A DNA stretch of 64,000 nt from sequence record SRR2962707_3772; one strand, written 5' to 3'. The notes beneath the pieces are model-generated. The model searched no databases. It saw only the letters and a program-made list of their open reading frames with translations, and had not been told where the DNA came from. Shown here in pieces: positions 28,388 through 38,254 of the stretch. Each line of letters opens with the position of its first letter. The stretch's first letter is position 1. A program made the position numbers and the translations under genes.

Positions 28388-29971
28388 ATGATACGCAAAC
28401 AAATAACTCGCCATTACTCAGTGTCTGAACAAATCAGCTTAGAGGATGTGGATCGCTTGGCCGAATCCGGCGTCACCCTGATCATTGGCAACCGACCAGA
28501 TAATGAAGAAGAAGGGCAGTTAGCCTTTGCTGAGATAGCCGCACGAGCAGAAAACAATCACATCAAAGCGCTGCATATTCCATTTGCTGGTGGCCAAATG
28601 CAGGCCACCGATGTGGCGGCGTTCAAGGCCGCGCTTAAAGAAGCGGATAACGTTCATGCTTTTTGCCGCACAGGGAACCGTTCTACCCTAATTTGGGAAG
28701 CGGCCAATCAAAGCGAAGTGATTTCAAAAGCCCATGACAAAGTCAAAGAATTCGATGTGGTGATTGTTGGTGCGGGGACGGCCGGAATCTCAACCGCGGC
28801 AAGCTTATTAAAGCGTAAACCCAGCGTGCGTATTTGTTTGATTGATCCTGCGACAGACCACTTTTATCAACCGGGTTGGACATTAGTGGGCGGCGGCGTG
28901 TTTAAAGCGGAAAAGACCCGTAGAAACATGGCGGATGTGATGCCCAAAGGTGTTGCATGGAATAAAACGTCAGTCAAAACCTTTCAACCTAGTGATAACC
29001 AAGTCACGCTTGAAGACGGTCAAGTGATTGCTTATCAGCAATTGGTGGTGGCCTCGGGTCTAAAATTAGATTGGGCGGCGATCGAAGGCTTGCCAGAAGC
29101 GCTAGGGCGCAATGGCGTGACGTCTAACTACCGATATGATCTGGCGCCTTACACTTGGGAACTGGCTAAGACGCTAAAAGGAGGCAAGGCGATTTTTACT
29201 CAACCACCAATGCCAATTAAGTGTGCCGGTGCGCCACAAAAAGCCATGTATTTGTCTTGCGATCATTGGTTAAAACAAGGGGCACTGGATGAGATAGAAG
29301 TGTCCTTTTACAACGCAGGAGGCGTCATATTTGGTGTGCCAGATTATGTGCCCGCTCTGCAGAGTTACATCGAAAAGTATCAGGTCAATACTTACTTTAC
29401 TCATAATTTAGTGAAGGTAGATGGACCAAACCAATTGGCTTACTTTTCAACGAAAGATGAAAATGACCAACAAATCGTAATCGAAAAATCCTTTGATATG
29501 CTCCATGTTTGTCCACCACAGTGTGCGCCTGATTTCATTCGTAATAGTCCACTTGTAGACGATGCAGGTTGGGTCGATGTGGATAAAGAGACACTGCAAC
29601 ATAAAGCATTTGCCAACATCTGGTCATTAGGGGATGTGGCCAATACACCAAATGCGAAAACCATGGCGGCTGCTCGCAAACAGGCGCCGGTTGTCGCCCA
29701 AAATATTTTTGATGTGCTCGAAGGTCGCCCGATTAAGGCAATTTACGACGGTTATGGTTCGTGTCCATTAACCGTTGAGCGCGGCAAAATTGTATTGGCA
29801 GAATTTGGTTATGGTGGTGTGGTCATGCCAACCTTTCCAAGTTGGCTTAACAAGGGCACCAAGCCGACACGGTTAGCCTGGATATTAAAAGAAGACCTAT
29901 TGCCGCCGTTTTATTGGCACGGCATGTTGAAAGGGTATGAATGGTTCGTTAAGCCAACAATGCGCAAATAA
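28388..29971 (+). CDS. sqr: Sulfide:quinone oxidoreductase with N-terminal DUF442 (PTP-like sulfurtransferase) domain
   Basis: N-terminal NRPDNEE and FCRTGNRS; then IVGAGTAG, YQPGWTLVGGG, KCAGAPQK and YDGYGSCP. Confidence 0.88.
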   Translation: MIRKQITRHYSVSEQISLEDVDRLAESGVTLIIGNRPDNEEEGQLAFAEIAARAENNHIKALHIPFAGGQMQATDVAAFKAALKEADNVHAFCRTGNRSTLIWEAANQSEVISKAHDKVKEFDVVIVGAGTAGISTAASLLKRKPSVRICLIDPATDHFYQPGWTLVGGGVFKAEKTRRNMADVMPKGVAWNKTSVKTFQPSDNQVTLEDGQVIAYQQLVVASGLKLDWAAIEGLPEALGRNGVTSNYRYDLAPYTWELAKTLKGGKAIFTQPPMPIKCAGAPQKAMYLSCDHWLKQGALDEIEVSFYNAGGVIFGVPDYVPALQSYIEKYQVNTYFTHNLVKVDGPNQLAYFSTKDENDQQIVIEKSFDMLHVCPPQCAPDFIRNSPLVDDAGWVDVDKETLQHKAFANIWSLGDVANTPNAKTMAAARKQAPVVAQNIFDVLEGRPIKAIYDGYGSCPLTVERGKIVLAEFGYGGVVMPTFPSWLNKGTKPTRLAWILKEDLLPPFYWHGMLKGYEWFVKPTMRK

Positions 29972-29983
29972 TGAGAGCTCAGC

Positions 29984-31693
29984 ATGATAGTTGAACGCGT
30001 TTTCCCCGCCGTTTCTTGGTTGAAAAGCTACAATCGAGTGCAGTTTGGCCAAGATGCTACGGCGGCCTTTATTGTGACCATGTTGTTGATTCCTCAGTCT
30101 TTGGCTTATGCCATGTTGGCTGGCGTGCCGCCGGAAGTTGGTTTGTATTCGAGTATTTTGCCCTTGGTGCTTTACGCGCTCTTTGGCACCAGTACGTCGT
30201 TATCCGTAGGGCCGGTGGCGGTGGCGTCTTTGATGACAGCCACCTCATTGGCTGCGATAGCAGAGCAGGGGACGGCAAGTTATTTGACTGGCGCCATTAC
30301 CTTGGCTTTGTTATCAGGCGTCATCTTGCTGGCGATGGGGGTGATGAAACTAGGCATGATCACCAATTTGCTTTCCCATTCGGTGATCTCTGGCTTTATT
30401 TCAGCCTCAGGGATCATTATTGCCTTGAGCCAGCTCAAGCATATCTTTGGTGTTCAGGCTCATGGCGACAATGTGGTGACACAATTGCTGAGCATGGCAG
30501 GCAATATTGGCCAGTTTAATGCCATGACGTGTGCGGTGGGCGTCTCGGTTGTGGCATTTTTGTTGCTGGCGAGGCGTTATGCAAAGCGCAGTTTGATGCT
30601 GATTAAAGTGCCAGAAAGCAACGCGACATCTTTAGCAAAAACCGCGCCCATCCTAGGCGTGTTGGCCAGTTTGGCATTGGTTTATGTGTTCGACTTACAG
30701 GCTTATGGCGTGGCCATTACAGGAGACATTCCAGCGGGCTTACCGCACTTCGGGTTGTCGCTGCCGTCTATAGAGTTGGTGAAAAGTTTGGCGTTACCAG
30801 CGTTGATGATTTCTGTTATTGGCTATGTGGAATCCATTTCTGTGGGCAAAACCTTAGGCGCAAAGCGACGAGAAAAGGTACAACCGAACCAAGAGCTGAT
30901 TGGTTTAGGCGCGGCCAATATTGCCTCCGGTTTGTCGGGCGGTTTTCCTGTGACAGGGGGCTTCTCTCGTTCGGTGGTGAATTTTGATGCTGGTGCTGTC
31001 ACTCAGCTGGCAGGAGTGATGACGGCCATTGGCATCATGATCGCCTCTTTGGTGCTGACTCCTGTGTTGTTCTTTTTGCCTAAGGCAACGCTCGCCGCCA
31101 CTATTATTGTGGCGGTGATGACTTTAATCGATTTTTCTATATTGAAAAAGACGTGGTTTTTTTCACGCAGTGATTTTTATGCGGTGTTGGCCACTGTCGT
31201 GATTACCCTTTTATTTGGTGTGGAAGTGGGCGTGGCTTCTGGCGTTGGTTTATCTGTCTTGTTGCATTTATCGCGGACTTCTCGGCCGCATGTGGCGGAA
31301 GTGGGCTTGATTGAAGGCTCTGAACATTTTCGCAACGTAAAACGCTATGACGTCAAAACCGCCGCTAATTTACTTTGTTTACGGCCTGATGAGAGCTTGT
31401 TTTTTGTCAATGCCGCGTTTCTTGAAGACTCGATTTTAGAGTCGATTAACCAGCGTCCTGCCATCACTCATGTGGTGATCCAGTGCAGTGCGGTCAATGA
31501 TATTGATTTTAGTGCATTAGAAATGCTGGAATCGCTAAACACAGAGCTGCAGGCGGCTAATATTTCATTGTCTTTGTCTGAAGTAAAAGGACCGGTAATG
31601 GACAGTCTAGAATTTAGTGGTTTTTTACAGCATCTAAGTGGCAAGGTGTTTCTATCGCAATATCAAGCCTTTAAGACATTGGCAAATGGGTAA
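29984..31693 (+). CDS. SulP-family anion transporter with STAS domain
   Basis: IPQSLAYAMLAG.P...GLY, NQELIGLG and GGFSRS motifs; C-terminal STAS domain. Confidence 0.9.
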   Translation: MIVERVFPAVSWLKSYNRVQFGQDATAAFIVTMLLIPQSLAYAMLAGVPPEVGLYSSILPLVLYALFGTSTSLSVGPVAVASLMTATSLAAIAEQGTASYLTGAITLALLSGVILLAMGVMKLGMITNLLSHSVISGFISASGIIIALSQLKHIFGVQAHGDNVVTQLLSMAGNIGQFNAMTCAVGVSVVAFLLLARRYAKRSLMLIKVPESNATSLAKTAPILGVLASLALVYVFDLQAYGVAITGDIPAGLPHFGLSLPSIELVKSLALPALMISVIGYVESISVGKTLGAKRREKVQPNQELIGLGAANIASGLSGGFPVTGGFSRSVVNFDAGAVTQLAGVMTAIGIMIASLVLTPVLFFLPKATLAATIIVAVMTLIDFSILKKTWFFSRSDFYAVLATVVITLLFGVEVGVASGVGLSVLLHLSRTSRPHVAEVGLIEGSEHFRNVKRYDVKTAANLLCLRPDESLFFVNAAFLEDSILESINQRPAITHVVIQCSAVNDIDFSALEMLESLNTELQAANISLSLSEVKGPVMDSLEFSGFLQHLSGKVFLSQYQAFKTLANG

Positions 31694-31740
31694 GACGCTG
31701 ATGAAATAAAGGGCGCTTACGGAATAGTCGTGATCCTAGG

Positions 31741-31779
31741 ATAACCAAGTTGAATGACGTATTTGGCTTGGTTATTTTT
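31741..31779 (+). terminator. Terminator after sulP
   Basis: ATAACCAAGTTGAAT-gacgt-ATTTGGCTTGGTTAT-TTTT. Confidence 0.6.
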
Positions 31780-31802
31780 GGACGGCACAGGCGCCGTATT
31801 TA

Positions 31803-32726
31803 TCACTGTAACGGCGAAAGTGCCAGTAAGCACTGGTAAAAAGCCTGCGCCGCTGGTGTGAGTGTGTCCTGATGACTTTTGAGCACCAATGAAAATTCAC
31901 TGCTAAATTGCCATTGGCTTGGGTTCAGAGCAACTAAGTCTTTTTGATGGCGGTTATTGTCGATCAAGTGAGTAGGTAAAAAGCTAAGATGCGTCCCCGC
32001 CATGGTTAATATTACGCCCGATTCCACATTCCAACCGTCGATTAATTTCATGTCGTCATATTGATCCACCTGCAATATTTCTTTCATTATTTTGGCCGAA
32101 TAGCCGCCGATGTTTATACGTTGCCCTGCCAGTGAATAGTGATTACGGATGATTTTGGCCGCCACGTCCTTTCTGGCGAATAGCTGGCTTTGCTCATAAA
32201 ACAAAGGTTCGACATGGGCAAAATGGCTAGTGTTGTAATCGCTTAGTACAACTATCATCATATCTAATTGGTTTTTAGAGAGTTTTTCGTTTAAAAAAGT
32301 ATAATCACCGACTTCTAATGAGATGTCGACGCTGTCGCTTAGTTGGTAAAAATTCTCGATTGCTTGCGGAATGATGTTGTCTTCAAGGGTGATGGTATTG
32401 TCCAATACACCCACTCGAACATGGCCGGTTAGGGTGGATCGAACACCTTTCAGTTTGAAAGAGAAGTCGCTCAATACTGAACTAAGCTCATTCGCATAAC
32501 GGTACACCGTGTGTCCTTCACTGGTTAACTCAAAACCACTTCGTCCACGCTGACACAGTTTTATTCCTAGGCTCTTTTCTAGTTCTATTAATTGATTGCT
32601 TAAAACCGGTTGGCTAAGCCCTGTGCTATGGGTGGCATTACTGATGCCATTTTGTTCGACAATTTCGCAGAATAGCTCGAGTCGACGTAAATCTCGTTTG
32701 TCCAGTTTGCCAGCATTATTGATCAT
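31803..32726 (-). CDS. LysR-family regulator, divergent from the NCS1-DUF917 operon
   Basis: DLRRLELF...GLSQPVLSNQLIELEKSLG..LCQRGRSGF. Confidence 0.88.
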   Translation of the reverse strand: MINNAGKLDKRDLRRLELFCEIVEQNGISNATHSTGLSQPVLSNQLIELEKSLGIKLCQRGRSGFELTSEGHTVYRYANELSSVLSDFSFKLKGVRSTLTGHVRVGVLDNTITLEDNIIPQAIENFYQLSDSVDISLEVGDYTFLNEKLSKNQLDMMIVVLSDYNTSHFAHVEPLFYEQSQLFARKDVAAKIIRNHYSLAGQRINIGGYSAKIMKEILQVDQYDDMKLIDGWNVESGVILTMAGTHLSFLPTHLIDNNRHQKDLVALNPSQWQFSSEFSLVLKSHQDTLTPAAQAFYQCLLALSPLQ

Positions 32727-32840
32727 CTCGAATTTACATCTCTTTTTTCAAATGTTTGCATTCAATAATATTCATTTATTCAAATGTGACAAGCTGTTAG
32801 TTTTTATTTGCTTTATTTATGAACAATTCAGGGGCGTAAG

Positions 32841-34169
32841 ATGAAAAATACACACAAGAAACAGAAAATTGACGATTTTGAATTAGAGCCCGTTCCTCTG
32901 AATGCCAAGAGGTCATGGTATGTCATTAGTTTGATCTGGCTGGCCATTGGCATTGATGTGTCAGGGCTGTTTCTTGGTGCGCTATTGAGTCAGGGGCTGA
33001 GTGTCTACAACGCACTTCTGGCGACCTTTATTGGCTCTTCGATTCTGGCGCTCCTTGCCATGCTGTGTGCCAACATTGGTTTTCAATCGTCGGTGTCGAC
33101 CTCGTTAATGAGCAGTACTGTGTTTGGGCGTTATGGTGGTAAGGCGCTGGGGGCCATTAATGGTATTTCTTTGGTTGGCTGGTTTGCGTTTCAGACGGAT
33201 TTTTTTGCACACATATTAGTTGCTTCTCTGGATAAATACGGCATTGTCATTTCGAACTTAAGTGCGTTGATCTTTGGCGCCTTGCTCATGATGATCACCG
33301 CGATTTATGGCGTTCGTGCATTGGGTAAACTGAGTGCATATTCAGTGCCTTTAATGGTGACCCTGATTACCGTCGGCCTTTATATGGCGTCGAGTCACAG
33401 CAGCGTTGTTGAAGAACCTATCCGTTCTCCGCTTTCTATGGGGCAGGCGATTTCTTATGTTATGTCCATTTGGATTCTTGCCGCGGTTGCCGCCCCTGAT
33501 ATTTCTCGTTATGCCAAAACCCGTAAAGACGCCATCTTAGGCGCAGGCTTTGGCTTCTTGTTTGGTAACAGTGCCACCTTGGTGGTGGCAATCCTGCTTT
33601 TGCGCATGACAGGTTCAACCAGCTTGGTGGATGTGTTCTTTGGCTTGGGTCTGGGTGTTGCCGCTATTTTTATTATTGTGTTTGCGCAATGGACCACCAA
33701 CAGCAGCAATCTGGTGTCTGGCTCCCTCGGGTTATCCGTGGTCTTTCCGAATGTTCCACGTCCGATTCTTGTGGTGGTAATGACGGCCATTGGCGTGGTG
33801 ATAGCGCAATTGGGCATGATTGAGTATTTCACTTCATTTTTAACCTTGTTAGGCGTCGTGATTGCACCTTCGGCGGGTGTGTATCTCGCGCAATATTACT
33901 TTTTAGACCGTAGCGTGATGAGCTTTGAACGCACGCAAACTGCGCCTAATTGGTTACTAAAAGGGCTTATCTCATGGTTTTTTGGGTGTGTGGTTAGCGC
34001 CTGCACCGCCACTGAGTTTTTAGGTCTTTTCTCTATTACTAGCATTTCTGCTGTTGATGGCATCTTGGCCTCTCTTGTCGCTTACATAGTGTTAATGACA
34101 TTTTCTAATTTAAGAAAACCCGCAGAACTAAGACAACCAACTGAATTAAGAAAGGAAAACCGTCCATGA
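32841..34169 (+). CDS. NCS1 (cytosine/purine permease) family transporter
   Basis: Multi-TM protein with GWFAFQ, PDISRYAK and AQWTTN motifs. Confidence 0.85.
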   Translation: MKNTHKKQKIDDFELEPVPLNAKRSWYVISLIWLAIGIDVSGLFLGALLSQGLSVYNALLATFIGSSILALLAMLCANIGFQSSVSTSLMSSTVFGRYGGKALGAINGISLVGWFAFQTDFFAHILVASLDKYGIVISNLSALIFGALLMMITAIYGVRALGKLSAYSVPLMVTLITVGLYMASSHSSVVEEPIRSPLSMGQAISYVMSIWILAAVAAPDISRYAKTRKDAILGAGFGFLFGNSATLVVAILLLRMTGSTSLVDVFFGLGLGVAAIFIIVFAQWTTNSSNLVSGSLGLSVVFPNVPRPILVVVMTAIGVVIAQLGMIEYFTSFLTLLGVVIAPSAGVYLAQYYFLDRSVMSFERTQTAPNWLLKGLISWFFGCVVSACTATEFLGLFSITSISAVDGILASLVAYIVLMTFSNLRKPAELRQPTELRKENRP

Positions 34170-35305
34170 TTATTAATGATCAAATGATTGATGACATCGC
34201 GATTGGCGCTACCGTATTGGGTACCGGTGGTGGCGGGGACCCTTACAGTGGTTCATTAATGGCCAAAGTGGCGATTGCTAATGCGGCCCAGCCGGTTGAA
34301 TTGATTTCGTTAGACAGTGTTGAAGACGATTGGGTTGTAGTGCCTTCGTCTATGATTGGCGCGCCAACGGTAGCGATTGAGAAATTAAACTCACAAAATC
34401 AAATGTTAGTGGCCTTCGAGGCGATGGAAAAAGAAATGGGAGGCAGCATAGCGGCGACCTTTCCTATTGAAATTGGGGGTGGCAATTCATTGATCCCTAT
34501 TTTAGTGGCGGCCAGCAAAGGCATTCCTGTGATTGACTGTGATGCCATGGGGCGGGCTTTCCCTGAGTCACAAATGGTCACTTTTTACTTGGATGATTTG
34601 CCTTCTGCGCCAAACACATTGGCCGATGAGAAAGGCAATGTGGTGACACTACAGCCTATCGATGGACTTTGGGCTGAGCATTTTGCTCGTGCCATTACTG
34701 AAAAAATGGGCGGCTCTGCGGCCATATGCGATTACCCCATGTTGGGCGTTAATTTAAAGCAAAGTGCGTTGGGTGGCACTTTAACCAAATCGATCAAGAT
34801 TGGTAAAGCAATTCGAGAAGCCAATGAAACCGGCCAAAATGCAACGCAAGCTGTGCTTGATATTGTGGGCGGTCATCGGGTTATTAGTGGAAAAATCACC
34901 GATATTGAGCGTAATACTGGCGGTGGTTTTGTGACTGGGAATGTGGTCATTGAACCGCTAAAAAGTCCATCAACTCAGGAAGACGGCAGTGTTTGTGTGC
35001 ACTTTCAAAACGAATTGCTATTGGCGCACAAAGGCAGATCTGCTGCGGATATTAACGATGAAAACTTATTGGCCAGCACGCCAGATTTGATCTCCATATT
35101 GGATTATGAAACAGGCCATCCGATTACCACAGATCAACTTCGTTATGGTCAACGAGTCGATTTGATTGCTTACCCTTGTGATGAAAAGTGGCGCACGCCA
35201 AAAGGCATTGAAGTGGTCGGTCCTGGTTACTTTGGTTACCACGTCAGCTATACACCTATTGATGTTCTTGCACAAAAAAATCGCCTTGAAGGAGCACAAA
35301 AATGA
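34166..35305 (+). CDS. DUF917 family protein
   Basis: GATVLGTGGGGDP, GAPTV..EK, EIGGGN, DCDAMGRAFPE, GGF..G, FQNE and PDLI motifs. Confidence 0.88.
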   Translation: MIINDQMIDDIAIGATVLGTGGGGDPYSGSLMAKVAIANAAQPVELISLDSVEDDWVVVPSSMIGAPTVAIEKLNSQNQMLVAFEAMEKEMGGSIAATFPIEIGGGNSLIPILVAASKGIPVIDCDAMGRAFPESQMVTFYLDDLPSAPNTLADEKGNVVTLQPIDGLWAEHFARAITEKMGGSAAICDYPMLGVNLKQSALGGTLTKSIKIGKAIREANETGQNATQAVLDIVGGHRVISGKITDIERNTGGGFVTGNVVIEPLKSPSTQEDGSVCVHFQNELLLAHKGRSAADINDENLLASTPDLISILDYETGHPITTDQLRYGQRVDLIAYPCDEKWRTPKGIEVVGPGYFGYHVSYTPIDVLAQKNRLEGAQK

Positions 35306-36861
35306 CCACTAATTACCGACTAGGCATAGACGTTGGCGGCACCAATACGGATGGCGTTCTGCTGGATAATTCGCTTAATTGTGTGGCGAAAGTAAAAGTC
35401 TCTACCACGCTTGATATCTCCACTGGCATTGATAATGCCGTAGCGGCCTTGCTAACAGGTGCTGGCATAACGGGCGCGCAAATTAAGCACGCGATGCTGG
35501 GAACCACACAGTGTACGAATGCCATTGTTGAAAAACGCGGTCTGGACAGGGTGGGCATGATTCGCTTGGCCTTGCCCAGCGGTAGCGCGATTCCACCCCT
35601 TAGCGGCTGGAGCCAATCTTGGAAGGATTTATTGGGTGAACATTTTTACGAAGCCCATGGCGGTTATGAGTACGATGGCCAGAAGATTGCTGAAATAAAC
35701 GAAGCCGAAATTCGAGATATTTGCGCCAAAATGAGAGGACATGTCGACGCTATCGCGGTGTGCGGCGTTTTCTCGCCAGTCAATGGTGAGCAGGAGTTGA
35801 CCGTGGCCAACTGGGTGTCAGAAGAAATGCCGGATATGGACATTTCTCTTTCCCATAAAGTAGGCAGTTTGGGGATCTTAGAGCGCGAAAACGCGACCAT
35901 CTTAAATGCGGCATTGCAAGGCACGGCAAAACGCTTTGTAAATGGTTTTTGCCAAGCGCTTGATAAGCATGGAATCCAGGTTACGCCGTATTTTGGTCAG
36001 AATGATGGCACCTTGATGTCCAAAGAATTTGCGCTTAAATACCCAATATTAACCGTAGCCTGTGGGCCGACGAATTCGATTCGTGGTGCCAGCCATTTAA
36101 CCAAGCTGACAGACGCTATTGTGGTGGATGTGGGCGGTACTACGTCTGATATTGGTGTGTTAATGCACGGCTATCCAAGAGAGTCGAGCCTTTCTGTGTC
36201 GTTGGGGGAGGTGAGAACGAATTTTCGCATGCCTGACATTCTTGCCATTGCCATCGGTGGGGGTACTCGAGTGAATTTTGAAGAGGGTGAACCGGTACTT
36301 GGACCAGAAAGTGTGGGCCACCAAATTACCGAAAAGGCTCTGAGTTTTGGCGGTGAAGTACTGACTTTGACAGACGTGGCGCTGGCGCTTGATGTCATGA
36401 CTTGGTCAGGTGCGCAGCAGCAAGGATCGATTGATCTGGACCCGCAAAAAGCACGCAAAATTTACGCAAAAATGCTGGTAACGGTGGAAGACGCCATTGA
36501 TAAAATGAAAACCTCAGCGGAAAAGGTGCCGGTTATCTTGGTGGGTGGTGGCAGCGCTTTGCTCCCTGATCATTTTGAGGGGGCGAGCCGAGTGGTGCGG
36601 CCTGAGCATTTTGAAGTCGCAAATGCGATTGGCGTGGCGCTCGGTGAAATTTCAGGGCAGCTCGACCGAATTGTTTCTATCGAGCCTACGAAGCGCGCCA
36701 CTGAGATTGCACGATTGGAAGAAGAAGCCAAGGCGATTGCGATAGAGGCCGGCTCATGCCCACAAAGCGTCTCTATCATAGAGAGAAGTGAGATTCCGTT
36801 GAGTTATCTCAAAGGCAATATGGTGCACATTAAAATCAAAGCAGCGGGCAAAATGTTGTAG
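35302..36861 (+). CDS. Hydantoinase/oxoprolinase A-like (actin-like ATPase) protein
   Basis: GIDVGGTNTD, GTT..TNA, LEREN, GPTNS.RGA, DVGGTTSD and VANAIG motifs. Confidence 0.88.
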   Translation: MTTNYRLGIDVGGTNTDGVLLDNSLNCVAKVKVSTTLDISTGIDNAVAALLTGAGITGAQIKHAMLGTTQCTNAIVEKRGLDRVGMIRLALPSGSAIPPLSGWSQSWKDLLGEHFYEAHGGYEYDGQKIAEINEAEIRDICAKMRGHVDAIAVCGVFSPVNGEQELTVANWVSEEMPDMDISLSHKVGSLGILERENATILNAALQGTAKRFVNGFCQALDKHGIQVTPYFGQNDGTLMSKEFALKYPILTVACGPTNSIRGASHLTKLTDAIVVDVGGTTSDIGVLMHGYPRESSLSVSLGEVRTNFRMPDILAIAIGGGTRVNFEEGEPVLGPESVGHQITEKALSFGGEVLTLTDVALALDVMTWSGAQQQGSIDLDPQKARKIYAKMLVTVEDAIDKMKTSAEKVPVILVGGGSALLPDHFEGASRVVRPEHFEVANAIGVALGEISGQLDRIVSIEPTKRATEIARLEEEAKAIAIEAGSCPQSVSIIERSEIPLSYLKGNMVHIKIKAAGKML

Positions 36862-36905
36862 CTTCGCCTTCGCACGATTGTTCTTCTATTGAGTTGTGTT
36901 TTTGC

Positions 36906-36941
36906 ATCGCACTATGGGTCATAACTGGCACATAGTGCGAT
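36906..36941 (+). terminator. Stem-loop after the hydantoinase gene
   Basis: ATCGCACTATG...CATAGTGCGAT followed by a T-rich stretch. Confidence 0.55.
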
Positions 36942-37084
36942 CTTGTTTCTGCTGTCTGTGCTGGCCGCTTCTGAATGATCCCCCCTGTTTATCCTCTTGT
37001 TTTCTTCCTGTTCTGTTGCTTAAAACCCAGAGGACATCGCACTTTTTGGCCTTCTATAGTCAATAAAAAGAAAAAACAATTGAA

Positions 37085-37129
37085 GACCCGAAACGTTTTG
37101 GTTTATATTTATCCAAATCGTTTCGGGTC
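37085..37129. promoter_or_regulatory. Two LacI-type operators in inverted arrangement
   Basis: GACCCGAAACGTTTTGG and CCAAATCGTTTCGGGTC; each has an AAWCGTTT core with a central CG. Confidence 0.7.
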
Positions 37130-37175
37130 ATCATTGATAGGCCTTCACATGCGCATAATAAAAACGAATAAATTG

Positions 37176-38201
37176 ATGAAAAAAAAACCGACACTGAAAT
37201 CCATAGCAGAATATTTGAATATATCGGTGACCACAGTATCCCGAGCTTTGTCTGGCTATGACGATGTAAGTCCTAATACTCGCCGTCAAGTTGAAGAAGC
37301 GGTGGCTACCCTTGGCTATGTTCCCAACCTAGCGGCTCGTCGGCTCGTGACGGGGAAAAGTGATGCTATTGGCATCTTGTTGCCCGTTTCCTACGGCGAC
37401 ATGAGAGATCACTTCTTAAGTCACTTCCTACTGCATTTCGGTCGTTCCCTGCATACTCACAATCCCAACTTAGACTTAATCGTTTCTTATGCCCCAGAAG
37501 GCGAAGAAGAGCTGTCAACCTATCAGCGATTTATTGATAGCCAACGGGTGGACGCTTTTGTTGTGATGCGTACCAGAAAAGACGATGCACGGGTGAACTT
37601 GTTGTTGGAGAACAAGGTGCCGTTTGTGACTCACGGACGGACCTTAAGCTCTGAAAAGCATAATTGGATAGATACAGATGCCATTTCAGGGTTTGAGTTT
37701 GCGACTCAGAGCTTGATTGATAAAGGCCATAAAAAGATTGTTTTAATGAACCTTCCAGAACGGATGTACACCTCTGATCTGCGTCTGGAAGGTTATATGA
37801 ACGCCATGAACAAAGCAGGTTTAACGCCTGATGTGTTCGTGACGGAGGTGTCCGATAACATTCCGCACCGCCTCTCCTTGGAATTACTGAAAAGCCAGAA
37901 CGCACCAACTGGCTTTATCTGTGCTTCCGATGTTATTGCCCATGAAGTCGTGAAAGCCGCCAAAGAGCTAGGCATCGACCCATGTGCAGACATCAATGTA
38001 ATTGGTTGCGATGACCTGCCGGTATCCACTTTGGGTGATCCAACTATTTCAACGCTAAAGTCGTCTTTTGAAGATCATAGCAATGCCATTATTTCTATCT
38101 TACAAGCTGAGATGAATGGCCATCTCACCGTGCCCAGAAATAAGCTAATTAACTATGAGCTGATAGAGCGTCAAACGAGTGAAAATAAAAATATTAGCTA
38201 A
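37176..38201 (+). CDS. LacI-family transcriptional regulator
   Basis: PTLKSIAEYLNISVTTVSRAL...LGYVPNLAARRL; likely start ATG 37176 (or 37149). Confidence 0.92.
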   Translation: MKKKPTLKSIAEYLNISVTTVSRALSGYDDVSPNTRRQVEEAVATLGYVPNLAARRLVTGKSDAIGILLPVSYGDMRDHFLSHFLLHFGRSLHTHNPNLDLIVSYAPEGEEELSTYQRFIDSQRVDAFVVMRTRKDDARVNLLLENKVPFVTHGRTLSSEKHNWIDTDAISGFEFATQSLIDKGHKKIVLMNLPERMYTSDLRLEGYMNAMNKAGLTPDVFVTEVSDNIPHRLSLELLKSQNAPTGFICASDVIAHEVVKAAKELGIDPCADINVIGCDDLPVSTLGDPTISTLKSSFEDHSNAIISILQAEMNGHLTVPRNKLINYELIERQTSENKNIS

Positions 38202-38254
38202 GTTTTTGATAAAGAAACTAGACTTAATATAAGAATAAAAAAGAGGAAAAATGT

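Noticed and set aside
34110-34152. Short duplicated ELR motif at the NCS1 C-terminus (PAELRQPTELRK)
   Set aside because: Two imperfect copies in a likely disordered tail with no functional implication.
37179-37187. A9 run at the lacI start as a phase-variation tract
   Set aside because: It encodes an ordinary MKKK N-terminus in an AT-rich context, and the frame is intact.
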